Source of the DNA: an uncultured Verrucomicrobiota bacterium
GTDB lineage: Bacteria > Verrucomicrobiota > Kiritimatiellia > JAAZAB01
NCBI GenBank assembly: GCA_964475165.1
Contig: CAYYVN010000007.1
Span: 44,178-108,177, forward strand
DNA length: 64,000 nucleotides
Reading direction: 5' to 3'
In this document: positions 9,413 through 18,605 of the stretch, in pieces
Numbering within the stretch: position 1 is the stretch's first letter
How the letters are laid out: each line of letters opens with the position of its first letter
The notes under the pieces: generated by a model
What the model was told of the DNA's origin: nothing
The model's database searches: none
The model's input: the letters and a program-made list of their open reading frames with translations, nothing else
Made by a program: the position numbers and the translations under genes

Positions 9413-10174
9413 CTAGAGCTTGATCCCCACTCCGCCAATCAGCTGCAGATCATTGCGCTGCTTATCTGTCGCCGGTTGATTGTTGAACTTATCCGTGAAA
9501 ACCACACGCAAATTGACGCTCTCACTCAAGGCGGCCTCAGCGCCCAGCTCGCAGTTGAGGAAAAAATTATCGAAATCCTCGCAGGCCGGTAGAACTTCGA
9601 TCATCTCCCACAGCTTGGCATTGGCGGGCAGCTTGATCTCATAATACTGGGCGAAACGCAGGTTAGCCGTATCTTGCGCCGGCTCATCACGCAGCACCTG
9701 GCGCACATAAGATGCGCCCAGCTCAAGACTGAGGCTCTGGCGGGCACTCTTGCATAGATAGCGCCCTAGTCCCGGCCCCACCACCCCACGATAATCGATG
9801 TCGGCAATATGGTCATGGCGAAGCTCACCATGCAGATAGGCATAGTTGCGTTCGGAAAAAAGGCACTTATAGGCAGCCTGGGCGGCAGCATTTTGCACGC
9901 TGGTTTCATCTGAGCTTTCCCCGTAATTACCGCCAACCTGCAGGCGTAACTCGTGCGGATCCCTCGCATATTCCGCCAGTAAACTGCTATCCAGGATCAA
10001 GCTCTTGCTATTGCCACGCACCAGATTAATTCCCGCATTGAGGCTGATATCCCAGCTTTCCTGGGCCGCCGATTCCTCCTGAGCCAGCCCCTGGCTGGAG
10101 CCCAGACTAATCCATAACAACCCGGCAATGACAAGCTGCGCTGCGCCTAACCTACTCAGAGATCCTAATCGCAT
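9413..10174 (-). CDS. Signal-peptide protein, possible outer-membrane beta-barrel (DUF481/YdiY-like?)
   Basis: The N-terminus MRLGSLSRLGAAQLVIAGLLWISLGSSQGLAQ looks like a signal peptide. The body shows alternating beta-strand-like patterning rich in Y, G, N and D. No enzymatic motifs are visible. Confidence 0.35.
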   Translation of the reverse strand: MRLGSLSRLGAAQLVIAGLLWISLGSSQGLAQEESAAQESWDISLNAGINLVRGNSKSLILDSSLLAEYARDPHELRLQVGGNYGESSDETSVQNAAAQAAYKCLFSERNYAYLHGELRHDHIADIDYRGVVGPGLGRYLCKSARQSLSLELGASYVRQVLRDEPAQDTANLRFAQYYEIKLPANAKLWEMIEVLPACEDFDNFFLNCELGAEAALSESVNLRVVFTDKFNNQPATDKQRNDLQLIGGVGIKL

Positions 10175-10467
10175 GGCTTACTCCTTACTGAAGTTCAACC
10201 CTCAACCCCAATTGCCCGCCAGCATAGCCGCGCCGCGCCTATATAGCAAGCGCTAGACTAGCGCCCGGAATGGAGAAAGTGCCGTGAAATACCGCAGGCA
10301 GGGCTGATCCTGATCTTAGCGCAAGACCTGGAAAGGACCATAGGGACCGGTCAATCTATATCCCTGGCCAGAGAACCAGACATACCAGCCATCCCGCTCC
10401 CGATACCGGGCCAGGCGAGGCGGATTGAGCTTGACCCGGGCGGGATGATCTCGCATGCTGGCGACCT

Positions 10468-11907
10468 ATGAAAACACGCCCGCATAAAGCCACGCTGGAG
10501 GCCCTGATCTCGCTTTGCAAAAGGCGCGGATTCATCTTCCAAAGCTCCGAACTCTACGATGGTCTCAATGGATTCTGGGATTATGGCCCGCTGGGCTGTG
10601 AATTGAAACGCCGCATCCGCGAGGCCTGGTGGAAAGCCATGGTCCAAAGGAGGGAAGATGTCGTCGGCCTGGACTCTGCGATCATCATGCATCCGCGGGT
10701 CTGGGAAGCCTCGGGGCACACTACCAGTTTCGCCGATCCCATGGTGGACTGTCGCGCCTGCCGGAAACGCTTTCGGGCCGATGTGCTTTGCGAAGAGCAA
10801 GGCCAGCAACTGGTGCAAACAGCGCAGGGCTACTCCCTCCCCGAGGGCATCAAGTGCCCGGCCTGCGGCGCCAGAGACCTCACGCCGCCGCGCGCTTTCA
10901 ATCTGATGTTCAAAACCTTCGTGGGCCCGCTGGAGGAGGAATCGGCCGTGGCCTATCTGCGACCGGAAACCGCCCAGGGTATCTTCGTGCAATTCCAGAA
11001 TGTTCTGGCTGTCTCGCGCCAGAAGATCCCCTTTGGCATCGCCCAGATCGGCAAGGCTTTCCGCAATGAGATCAATCCGCGCCATTTCACTTTCCGTTCC
11101 CGCGAATTCGAGCAGATGGAACTGGAATACTTCATCAAACCCGGCAGCGACACGCAGTGGTATGAATATTGGGTAGCCGAACGCCTCAAATGGTATGAGG
11201 CGATTGGTCTGCCGGCGACCAGCCTGCAAGCCAGCGCCTATCCTCCCGATAAGCTGGCTCATTATGCCAAGGCCTGCACTGATGTCCTCTATGATTTCCC
11301 CTTCGGCTGGCAGGAGCTGGAGGGGATCGCCGCCCGCGGCGCTTTCGATCTCACCCAGCACCAGACCCATAGCGGCAAATCCATGGAATATTTTGATCCG
11401 GAAACGCGCGAGAAATTCATCCCGCATGTCATCGAGCCATCGGCGGGAGTGGATCGGGTGGCCCTGGCCCTGCTCTGCGAAGCCTATCGCGAGGAATGGG
11501 TGCCCAAGGCCGATGTGGCCGGCGAGCCGCGCCGCGCCGAGCCAGGCAAGCCAGTGCCGGAAGGTTACGAGCCGCGTACCGTGATGGCCTTTGCCCCGGC
11601 CATGGCGCCCATTCAAGTGGCGGTCTTTCCCTTGCTTAAAAACAAGCCCGAACTGGTGGCGCAGGCGCGCACCGTCTTCAGCCAGCTCCAGCGGCGCTGG
11701 ACCTGTTTCTGGGATCAAACCGGCGCCATTGGCCGGAGATACCGGCGCCAGGACGAAATCGGCACGCCCTTCGGGGTAACCATTGATTTCCAAACCTTGC
11801 AGGATCAAACCGTGACCCTGCGCCATCGCGATACGATGCAACAAACCCGCCTGGCTATTGCCGAGCTACCCGCGCAGCTGGAGCTGGCCTTGGATGGCAG
11901 CCTCTGA
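10468..11907 (+). CDS. glyQS: Glycine--tRNA ligase, alpha2 homodimeric type
   Basis: N-terminus LISLCKRRGFIFQSSELYDGLNGFWDYGPLGCELKRRIREAWW, class II motifs, a C-terminal anticodon-binding domain, and a typical length of about 480 aa. Confidence 0.9.
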   Translation: MKTRPHKATLEALISLCKRRGFIFQSSELYDGLNGFWDYGPLGCELKRRIREAWWKAMVQRREDVVGLDSAIIMHPRVWEASGHTTSFADPMVDCRACRKRFRADVLCEEQGQQLVQTAQGYSLPEGIKCPACGARDLTPPRAFNLMFKTFVGPLEEESAVAYLRPETAQGIFVQFQNVLAVSRQKIPFGIAQIGKAFRNEINPRHFTFRSREFEQMELEYFIKPGSDTQWYEYWVAERLKWYEAIGLPATSLQASAYPPDKLAHYAKACTDVLYDFPFGWQELEGIAARGAFDLTQHQTHSGKSMEYFDPETREKFIPHVIEPSAGVDRVALALLCEAYREEWVPKADVAGEPRRAEPGKPVPEGYEPRTVMAFAPAMAPIQVAVFPLLKNKPELVAQARTVFSQLQRRWTCFWDQTGAIGRRYRRQDEIGTPFGVTIDFQTLQDQTVTLRHRDTMQQTRLAIAELPAQLELALDGSL

Positions 11908-11930
11908 GGCGCGTCTAGGCCTGAGGATGA

Positions 11931-12761
11931 CTAGCGCTGCCGCGCCGCGGCTGGCCGGGATCCGTAGCAACCCTTGAAGACATAGACAGCCGGCCCGCGC
12001 AACGTGACCGCGCGCGCGCCCTTGGCCGTCAGGCGAAAATCAACCTCCAACACATCGCCACTGGCGCAAGTGACCTGGACCGGCGGCTGCAGGCGGCCTA
12101 AACGCGCGGCGATCAAGGCGGCGGCGGCGCTGCCAGTGCCGCAAGCGGCTGTTTCAGCTTCCACGCCCCTTTCATAGGTGCGTAGGCGCAAGGCATGCCG
12201 ACCGGTGATGGTCATAAAATTAACATTGGTGCCGTGGGGCGCAAAATGCTGATGATAACGGAGGGCGCGCCCCCAGAGCTCGACATTCAGCCTGGTCAGG
12301 GCGCGGCTTTCGAGCACGGCATGGGGCACACCGGTATTAACAAAATGCACCAGCAGCTGACGGCCGCGCACGCGCAAAGAATGCTGCAAGCGCCAAGCGC
12401 GCGGCTGGGTCAGGGCCAGACGCACATCCTCATCTATAATGGCGGCTTGTATCAGGCCAGCGCGCGTGGCGATACGCATGGTCGCCGGGGCCCGGCCCAG
12501 ATCATGAGCCAGCCTGGCCGCACAGCGCGCGCCGTTGCCACACATCTCAGCCTCAGCCCCATCCGGATTAAAAAAACGCATGCGAAAATCGGCTTGGGCC
12601 GAGGGTTGGATGAGGATCAAGCCTTCGCTGCCAATCCCCGTATGGCGCGCGCATAAGCGCCGGATCAGGCCGGCATCCGCTTGGGACCAAGCGGCGCGCG
12701 GATCATCCACCAGAATGAAATCATTGCCGGCGGCCTGCATTTTCCAGAAGCTTACTGGCAT
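11931..12761 (-). CDS. dapF: Diaminopimelate epimerase
   Basis: FWKMQAAGNDFILVD near the N-terminus, the catalytic Cys motifs NPDGAEAEMCGNGARC and ACGTGSAAAAL, and a length of about 276 aa. Confidence 0.85.
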   Translation of the reverse strand: MPVSFWKMQAAGNDFILVDDPRAAWSQADAGLIRRLCARHTGIGSEGLILIQPSAQADFRMRFFNPDGAEAEMCGNGARCAARLAHDLGRAPATMRIATRAGLIQAAIIDEDVRLALTQPRAWRLQHSLRVRGRQLLVHFVNTGVPHAVLESRALTRLNVELWGRALRYHQHFAPHGTNVNFMTITGRHALRLRTYERGVEAETAACGTGSAAAALIAARLGRLQPPVQVTCASGDVLEVDFRLTAKGARAVTLRGPAVYVFKGCYGSRPAAARQR

Positions 12762-12773
12762 GATATAAACGAG

Positions 12774-12808
12774 AAAAAGGCCGCGGCTTATCTGCCGCGG
12801 CCTTTTGG
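12774..12808 (-). terminator. Rho-independent terminator downstream of the HU gene; structurally bidirectional
   Basis: GGCCGCGGC, loop ttatct, GCCGCGGCC gives a 9-bp GC stem. It is flanked by AAAAA on the 5' side and TTTTGG on the 3' side on the + strand, so there is a U-tract on either strand. Confidence 0.6.
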
Positions 12809-12833
12809 TTAACCCGTTAAACAAAAAAATGTT

Positions 12834-13109
12834 TTACGAGAGAATAGCGTCTTTGGCCGCTTTGGCGATGCGGAACTTAACCACCTTCTTGGCCGGGATC
12901 TTGATGGTCGCGCCAGTGGCCGGATTGCGGCCCAGGCGCGCTTTACGGTTAACCAAAACCAGCTTGCCCAGTCCGGGAATGGTGAAGGTATCTTTGGCGC
13001 CTTTATAGGCCATGGCCACGAGCGCCTCCAAGGCGGCGGCGGCCTGCTTTTTGGTAATCTCGGCGGCCTCCGCTATGTCAGCGATGATTGCAGTCTTGGT
13101 CTTAGCCAT
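12834..13109 (-). CDS. hup: HU/IHF-family nucleoid-associated DNA-binding protein
   Basis: 90 aa. MAKTKTAIIADIAEAAEITKKQAAAALEALV...FTIPGLGKLVLVNRKARLGRNPATGATIKIPAKKVVKFR is the HU beta-arm signature. A GAGGAGG Shine-Dalgarno lies upstream. Confidence 0.9.
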   Translation of the reverse strand: MAKTKTAIIADIAEAAEITKKQAAAALEALVAMAYKGAKDTFTIPGLGKLVLVNRKARLGRNPATGATIKIPAKKVVKFRIAKAAKDAILS

Positions 13110-13264
13110 GAATAATGCCCTCCTCTATTTTATTTTGCGCACCGTTTAATAATACTCGCCACTCAAGCCAATCCTCATCCATTGGCCGGCATCATGGCAG
13201 AGTAAGCGAGCGGATGCAATAACATTTTTTGGTCATTCAGCCGCCAGCCAACGGCGGCCACGCG

Positions 13265-13672
13265 CTAGGGATCGGTATTTTCCAGCGTTAAAGAATCAAA
13301 GCGGATGCGGCGATAGAAACAGTCGCGCGGTTGCTGCTCACGGTTCCGCGTATGGCAGATACCACCCTGGCGCGGGCGCACACGATATAGCAGGGAGTTC
13401 TGCTCGCAATTGATGTAGGCTTCCAAGAGCTCGAAAGTCTGCCCGGAGGTCTGCCCCTTCACCCAGAGTTCATTGCGCGAGGTGCTCCATAACACCAGCT
13501 GGCGCCGGCGCAGGGCCTCTTGAAAGGCGTGGGCATTGGTATAGGCCAGCAGCAGCACGGCCCCGGTATCGGCATGCTGCACCACCACCGGAATCACTTG
13601 CGCGCCGTTGGCCGCCATGCGCGCGATCTTCTCAAAATCAATTTGCAGTTGCTGGCCTTCTTCCAGATCCAT
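13265..13672 (-). CDS. hisI: Phosphoribosyl-AMP cyclohydrolase
   Basis: LWVKGQTSGQTFELLEAYINCEQNSLLYRVRPRQGGICHT carries the conserved metal-binding C-x-H region. The length is 135 aa. Confidence 0.8.
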   Translation of the reverse strand: MDLEEGQQLQIDFEKIARMAANGAQVIPVVVQHADTGAVLLLAYTNAHAFQEALRRRQLVLWSTSRNELWVKGQTSGQTFELLEAYINCEQNSLLYRVRPRQGGICHTRNREQQPRDCFYRRIRFDSLTLENTDP

Positions 13673-13708
13673 CTTTGCTCTCCTCCCACCAACTAGCCTC
13701 CCGGTGCT

Positions 13709-15943
13709 TTAAGGTTGCGGCGCCAGCCCGGGCATTAAGCGTTGCACTTCTTCTTGGCCGGCAGCCGATAGCTGACCAGCCGCTGCCGCCAGAGACTCAG
13801 CCATTTTAAGCTGGCCGCTTTCGTAACATAACAGGGCCAGCCCGAGCATGATCTCGAGGCGCTCCCTCTCGGCCAGGCGGGCGCTTTCCAGATAATGGTT
13901 GGTGATTTTCAGCATATAGGGAATGCTGATCTGATCCCAGCTCATCAGCAGCTGGCCGGAGCTATCGAGGGCGATGGTGAGGCCCTGGCTGGTATCAGCG
14001 GCGATAATATCGCGCCAGGCTTCTCCCAGCAACCAGCCTTGCAGATAGGGGGCGCTGCGAATGGAACGCACTATAAAAACTTTCAGTTTATCGAGGATGC
14101 GATAGGAATCAAACAGAGCTTGATAATGAGCCTGCGCTTCTGGCGTGGTCAATTCCGGCTGCAAGGCGCTCAAGGCCCGGGCGGCCTCGGCAAACTGGCG
14201 CCGGGCAATGAGAGGCGCATTGGCGGCCCGCGCGGCATCTAACCGATCCAGCTCGCCTTGCACAACCTGAATCTGCAGGCGTTCCGCTTCCTGGGCGCGT
14301 TGGCGGGCAGCTTGGCGCTCTTTCTCGGCGGCGCGCTGTTGCTGTAGGGCGGCGGCCGCCGCCTGGCGCGCGCGGGCCTCTTCGGCCCGAATGCGTTTCT
14401 GAACGGCGGCCACGCGCGTGAGCGCTTCCGCCAGGACGGTCCGGCTCTGCTCAACCAGATTATATTGCACGATGGCATTTTCGAAAAGCGCCTCCAGCTC
14501 AGCCAGCTGTTGTGGATCTGTCGGGGCGCTATCCCAAGCCGCCAGGGCGGCCTGCTGCAGGGCGCGCTGATCGTCCAGTTCATTGAGGCTCGTCTGGCTA
14601 TTGGCCAGGGCTTCTTGCAATTCCAGCAGCAGCGCTTCGTGGCTCGGCAGGGTCTGCGTGGCGGTGATGGCTTGCTGCTCCAGGGTCTGCAGCTGAGCGG
14701 CGCTCTCCAGGGAGATCTGCGTCAGGCCCATCAGGCGGACCTTCAGTTCGCTGCCCCGCGCCAAGGCCAGCGTGCGTTCCTCTTGCGCCGCTTGGGTCGC
14801 ACTGGCCTGATGGCGTTGGCGCTGTAGCCACCAACTGCCAGCGACCAATACGCCGACCAGGATCAAGGCGCCCGCCGCCAGAAACACTTGGCGCGGAGGC
14901 GGTTTTAAGAGCCGCCATGATTTGTGCGCCGCCCCAGCGACGATCGTCGGCAGGCGCGCCGTTTTAGCCTTAGCTTTCTTCAAGGGTGCCCGCGAGGCCG
15001 CCAAAGCCGCGCGCATATCCAGCAGCAAAGCGGCATAGGAAGGATAGCGCAGGGCCGGTTCGGCCTGCAACATCCGCGCCACCATAGCCACGGTGGGCTG
15101 ATGCAAATCAGGCTGATATTGCAGTAGACTGGGTGCCGGCTGACGCAAGCGGGCTACGACCACATCCGCTGGCGTGGCGCCATCAAAGGGCGGCTGACCA
15201 GCCAGAACATGGAAGAGCATGGCACCCAAACTATAAATATCAGACCGGAAATCAACTTTTTTGCCACGCGCCTTTTCGGGAGCGATATAATATGGCGTAC
15301 CCCAGACCTGCTGACCTTGTTGCTGCTGCTGCCCAATGAAACTGGCCAGACCAAAATCAACCACCTTGGCTTCGCCATTCAGGCCGAAGAGCACATTGGC
15401 TGGTTTGATGTCTCCATGCACCAAGCCCAGTTCGCTGGCGGCGTTCAAGCCCTCGGCCACTTCCAGGTGTATTTCCAAAGCCCGCGTTTCCGGCAGAGCC
15501 CGGCCATTGGCGATCATCACATCCAACTGCCCGCCATCGACCAGTTCCATGGCGATATAGGGCTGGCCGGCAAACTGGCCAAAGGAATAAATCTGCACCA
15601 CATTGCGATGATTCAAGGCCGCCGCCGACTGCGCTTCGCGCCGGAAAGAAGCCACGAATTCTTCGTTATCGCCCAAGGCCCGCTTCATGACCTTGAGCGC
15701 GATATGCCGCCCCAGCTCGCGATCGACCGCGTGGTAAATAACCCCCATACCACCGGCACCCAAACGATTCAAAAGCAGGAAAGAACCAAATTTAGCGGGA
15801 ACGGTCTGCGGCGCGCCACAGGCTTGGCAGGTGATGCTCGAGAAGGAGGGCAGATGCGAAACATCCATCACATGCTGGCATTCAATGCAGGCCAATTTTT
15901 CAACCCGGACAGTCCCCACTATGGTTGCTTCTTGATCGGCCAT
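13709..15943 (-). CDS. Hanks-type Ser/Thr protein kinase with an N-terminal zinc-ribbon-like CxxC...CxxC, one TM helix, a long Q/A/E/R-rich coiled-coil and a C-terminal domain of unknown function
   Basis: Kinase subdomains: GAGGMGVIY and ALKV (VAIK-like), HGDIKPANVLF (catalytic loop), VDFGLA (DFG), GTPYYIAPE (APE). CIECQ...CQACG lies before the kinase. A TM stretch FLAAGALILVGVLVAGSWW follows the kinase. I prefer the ATG at 15943, which has a GGGGAGAGAAGGGG Shine-Dalgarno; the track's first codon is TTG. Confidence 0.8.
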   Translation of the reverse strand: MADQEATIVGTVRVEKLACIECQHVMDVSHLPSFSSITCQACGAPQTVPAKFGSFLLLNRLGAGGMGVIYHAVDRELGRHIALKVMKRALGDNEEFVASFRREAQSAAALNHRNVVQIYSFGQFAGQPYIAMELVDGGQLDVMIANGRALPETRALEIHLEVAEGLNAASELGLVHGDIKPANVLFGLNGEAKVVDFGLASFIGQQQQQGQQVWGTPYYIAPEKARGKKVDFRSDIYSLGAMLFHVLAGQPPFDGATPADVVVARLRQPAPSLLQYQPDLHQPTVAMVARMLQAEPALRYPSYAALLLDMRAALAASRAPLKKAKAKTARLPTIVAGAAHKSWRLLKPPPRQVFLAAGALILVGVLVAGSWWLQRQRHQASATQAAQEERTLALARGSELKVRLMGLTQISLESAAQLQTLEQQAITATQTLPSHEALLLELQEALANSQTSLNELDDQRALQQAALAAWDSAPTDPQQLAELEALFENAIVQYNLVEQSRTVLAEALTRVAAVQKRIRAEEARARQAAAAALQQQRAAEKERQAARQRAQEAERLQIQVVQGELDRLDAARAANAPLIARRQFAEAARALSALQPELTTPEAQAHYQALFDSYRILDKLKVFIVRSIRSAPYLQGWLLGEAWRDIIAADTSQGLTIALDSSGQLLMSWDQISIPYMLKITNHYLESARLAERERLEIMLGLALLCYESGQLKMAESLAAAAGQLSAAGQEEVQRLMPGLAPQP

Positions 15944-16142
15944 GCCCCTTCTCTCCCCGCGCCCCGCCCCTGCGCCATCCGGCCTCAGGTGAGCAGCATC
16001 ATGCTTGGCTCGCAATAATAGCCATTATAGCAGGCGAATGCAATGCACAAACTAAGCCCCGCCGGCGGCGGGGCTCTATTTAGGCTTTGCCCGGTCGCTG
16101 GAATCGCATATGATGAAATGCGATTCTCTGAGGAGATGATCC

Positions 16143-16877
16143 ATGCATCCGATCTGCTTACATATTGGCCGCCTACCCATCTACTGGTATGGCGTGATGA
16201 CGGCCCTGGCTTTTCTGATCTGTCTGGCGCATTTGATTTGGCTCGGCAAACAGGAGGGCCGCTCGGCGGAATTCGTCTCGGATTTAACCATCTGGATCAT
16301 GCTGGGCGGCATCGGCGGCGCCCGCCTGGCCTATGTCTTGGCTGAATGGCCCAGATTTGCGGTGCAGCCCCAATTGATCCTGCGCCTGGATCAAGGGGGC
16401 TTGATCTATTATGGCGGCTTTATCGGCGCGGCGCTGCTGGTGGCCATTATGGCCCGGCGCAAGCGGGAACCCCTGGGGCCCCTGGCAGATTTTGTGGTCA
16501 CGGCCCTGCCCCTGGGCCATGCCATGGGCCGCATCGGCTGTTTCCTGAACGGTTGCTGTTATGGCCTGCCGGCCGTATGGCCCTGGAGCGTCAGGATGCA
16601 TGGTCTCCTGCGGCATCCGGTGCAGCTTTATGAGGCGAGCGGCAACCTGGTGCTCTATGCTCTGCTGCTGTATCTTTATCGGCACCGCACGCGCCCCGGC
16701 CGGATTTTCGCGCTGTATCTGATCCTATATCCGTTGCTCCGTTTCAGCCTCGAATTTTTGCGCGGCGACGAGCGGCTCAGCTGGCGGGGCTTAACCTTGG
16801 CGCAGCTCATCAGCCTGGGCTTGATGCTCTGCGGCCTAGGACTCTGGTGCTGGTTAAAGGCCCCGCGCCAGCGGTGA
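16143..16877 (+). CDS. lgt: Prolipoprotein diacylglyceryl transferase
   Basis: YWYGVMTALAFL, the GGLIYYGGFIG region, the Lgt signature HAMGRIGCFLNGCCYG, and seven predicted TM segments. Confidence 0.85.
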   Translation: MHPICLHIGRLPIYWYGVMTALAFLICLAHLIWLGKQEGRSAEFVSDLTIWIMLGGIGGARLAYVLAEWPRFAVQPQLILRLDQGGLIYYGGFIGAALLVAIMARRKREPLGPLADFVVTALPLGHAMGRIGCFLNGCCYGLPAVWPWSVRMHGLLRHPVQLYEASGNLVLYALLLYLYRHRTRPGRIFALYLILYPLLRFSLEFLRGDERLSWRGLTLAQLISLGLMLCGLGLWCWLKAPRQR

Positions 16878-16882
16878 TCCTC

Positions 16883-17827
16883 ATGACCCAGGAATTCAAC
16901 TTGAAGGTAGCCCCCGCCGAGGCCGGTCAGCGGCTGGATCTCTGGTTACGCCAGCGGCTGCCGGAGCTTTCGCGCTCGCGGATCCAGAGCCTGATTCGCA
17001 GCGGCCACATCACCCTGGGCGGCAGCCCCATCCGGGGGCATCGCGCGACGCGCGCCGGAGAAAGCGTGCGCGTCCGCTTACCACCGCCGGTGGCTAGCAG
17101 CCTGGAAGCGCAACCCATTCCTCTGGCCATTATATATGAGGATGCCGCGATCATCGTCGTCAATAAACCGCCCGGGATGGTCGTGCATCCCGCCCCCGGC
17201 CATTCTTCCGGCACGCTGGTGAATGCCCTGCTCTTCCATTGCCCGGAGCTAGCGGGCATTGGCGGCGAGCGGCGGCCGGGCATTGTGCATCGCCTGGATA
17301 AAGACACCAGCGGACTGCTGGTAGTGGCGCGCCATGATCAGGCCCTGGCAGGGTTGGCCGCCCAATTCAAGAAACGCCAAGTAGAAAAATACTATCTGGC
17401 CCTGGTCTGGGGACAACCCCAACCGGCCAGCGGCACCATTGAAACCTTGATCGGGCGGCATCAGCGGGATCGGAAGCGGATGTCGGCCAGGCCCCGGGTG
17501 GGGCGGCCGGCGCTCACGCACTATGAAACGCTGGAACATTTCCAGGGCGTCAGCCTGTTGCGCATCAAGCTCTGCACCGGGCGTACCCATCAAATCCGCG
17601 TCCATATGGCGCATCTGGGGCATCCGGTCGTGGGCGATCAGCAATATGGGCGCCGCGGCCAGATCCCCTGGCCCTTGGCGCCGCGGCGGCAGATGCTGCA
17701 TGCCGCGCAGCTGCTGTTCTGCCATCCGACCACCGGCCAGCGCCTGGATTTCACGGCCCCGCCGCCGCCGGATCTGGCCTCTCTCCTGCAGGCCTCGCGC
17801 GGCTCAGCCATCATTCCTCGGCTTTAA
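16883..17827 (+). CDS. rluD: RluA-family 23S rRNA pseudouridine synthase, RluD-like
   Basis: An N-terminal S4-like region, the catalytic motif GIVHRLDKDTSGLLVVAR, and an RluD-like length. The ATG at 16883 abuts the lgt stop. Confidence 0.7.
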   Translation: MTQEFNLKVAPAEAGQRLDLWLRQRLPELSRSRIQSLIRSGHITLGGSPIRGHRATRAGESVRVRLPPPVASSLEAQPIPLAIIYEDAAIIVVNKPPGMVVHPAPGHSSGTLVNALLFHCPELAGIGGERRPGIVHRLDKDTSGLLVVARHDQALAGLAAQFKKRQVEKYYLALVWGQPQPASGTIETLIGRHQRDRKRMSARPRVGRPALTHYETLEHFQGVSLLRIKLCTGRTHQIRVHMAHLGHPVVGDQQYGRRGQIPWPLAPRRQMLHAAQLLFCHPTTGQRLDFTAPPPPDLASLLQASRGSAIIPRL

Positions 17828-18605
17828 CGGCGTTCCAGCAGGCATCCATTTCGGCCAGCGAACATTGAGTGATATCGCGTTGCTGCTGGTGCAGGCGGCG
17901 CTCCACGGCTTGGAAGCGGCGGGTGAACTTAGCCACGGTCTGGTCCAAAGTTTCCTCGGCATTCATACCCTGGAAACGGCTGAGGTTGACCACCGCAAAA
18001 AGCAGATCGCCAATTTCAGCGCGGATCTGCGCCGGGTCGCCGGCGGCCAGCGCCGCTTTAACTTCGGCCAGTTCCTCATCCACTTTGGCCATTACATCCT
18101 CCAGCTGCTGCCAATCAAAGCCGACCCGGGCCACCCGCCGCTGCACATGCTGCGCCTTATGCAAGGCTGGCAGATGCCGCGGAACATTCCCCACCACGGA
18201 GGGCGGCGGCTGATCGCTGGCGGGCGCCGCTTGCTTTTCGCGCGCCTTGATGGCCTCCCAATTCTTGAGCACTTCGGCCGAGCCGGAAACCGGTTGCTGC
18301 CCAAAAACATGAGGATGGCGCCGGATCAATTTGGCGTTGAGCCCGCGCACCACATCGCCAAAGGTGAAAGCGCCTTCTTCCTGACGCACCTGCGCTTGAA
18401 AGACCACTTGCAAGAGCAAATCGCCCAATTCCTCCTGGTGCTTGGCTGGCTGGCCGGAATCGATGGCATCGATGAGCTCATAGCATTCCTCCACCAGATA
18501 TTGCTTGAGAGAATCCAGGGTCTGCTCGCGATCCCAGGGACAGCCGGCGGCGGAACGCAGGCGGGCCATGATTTCCAATAATTGCTGGATAGCTTCCATC
18601 TTCAT
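17811..18605 (-). CDS. mazG: Nucleoside triphosphate pyrophosphohydrolase MazG
   Basis: Tandem MazG domains with the EEXXE-type motifs LVEECYELIDAI and HQEELGDLLLQVVF, and IRRHPHVF. Confidence 0.85.
   Translation of the reverse strand: MKMEAIQQLLEIMARLRSAAGCPWDREQTLDSLKQYLVEECYELIDAIDSGQPAKHQEELGDLLLQVVFQAQVRQEEGAFTFGDVVRGLNAKLIRRHPHVFGQQPVSGSAEVLKNWEAIKAREKQAAPASDQPPPSVVGNVPRHLPALHKAQHVQRRVARVGFDWQQLEDVMAKVDEELAEVKAALAAGDPAQIRAEIGDLLFAVVNLSRFQGMNAEETLDQTVAKFTRRFQAVERRLHQQQRDITQCSLAEMDACWNAVKAEE

Noticed and set aside
10351-11844. A 497-aa ORF antisense to glyQS, and many similar long antisense ORFs in the track (for example 2711..3418, 6479..7258, 23357..24247, 27598..28731, 31185..32366, 32484..33365, 34512..35669, 35913..36860, 42130..43590, 46294..47211, 51033..52088, 53836..55668)
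   Set aside because: High GC depletes stop codons in antisense frames. In every case the sense-strand ORF encodes a recognisable conserved protein, and the antisense products are low-complexity and R/G/A/P-rich with no motifs.
13218-13249. Hairpin GCCGCC-agccaac-GGCGGC near the hisI stop as a terminator
   Set aside because: The U/T-tract lies on the wrong side for the minus-strand hisI transcript, and nothing follows it on the + strand.
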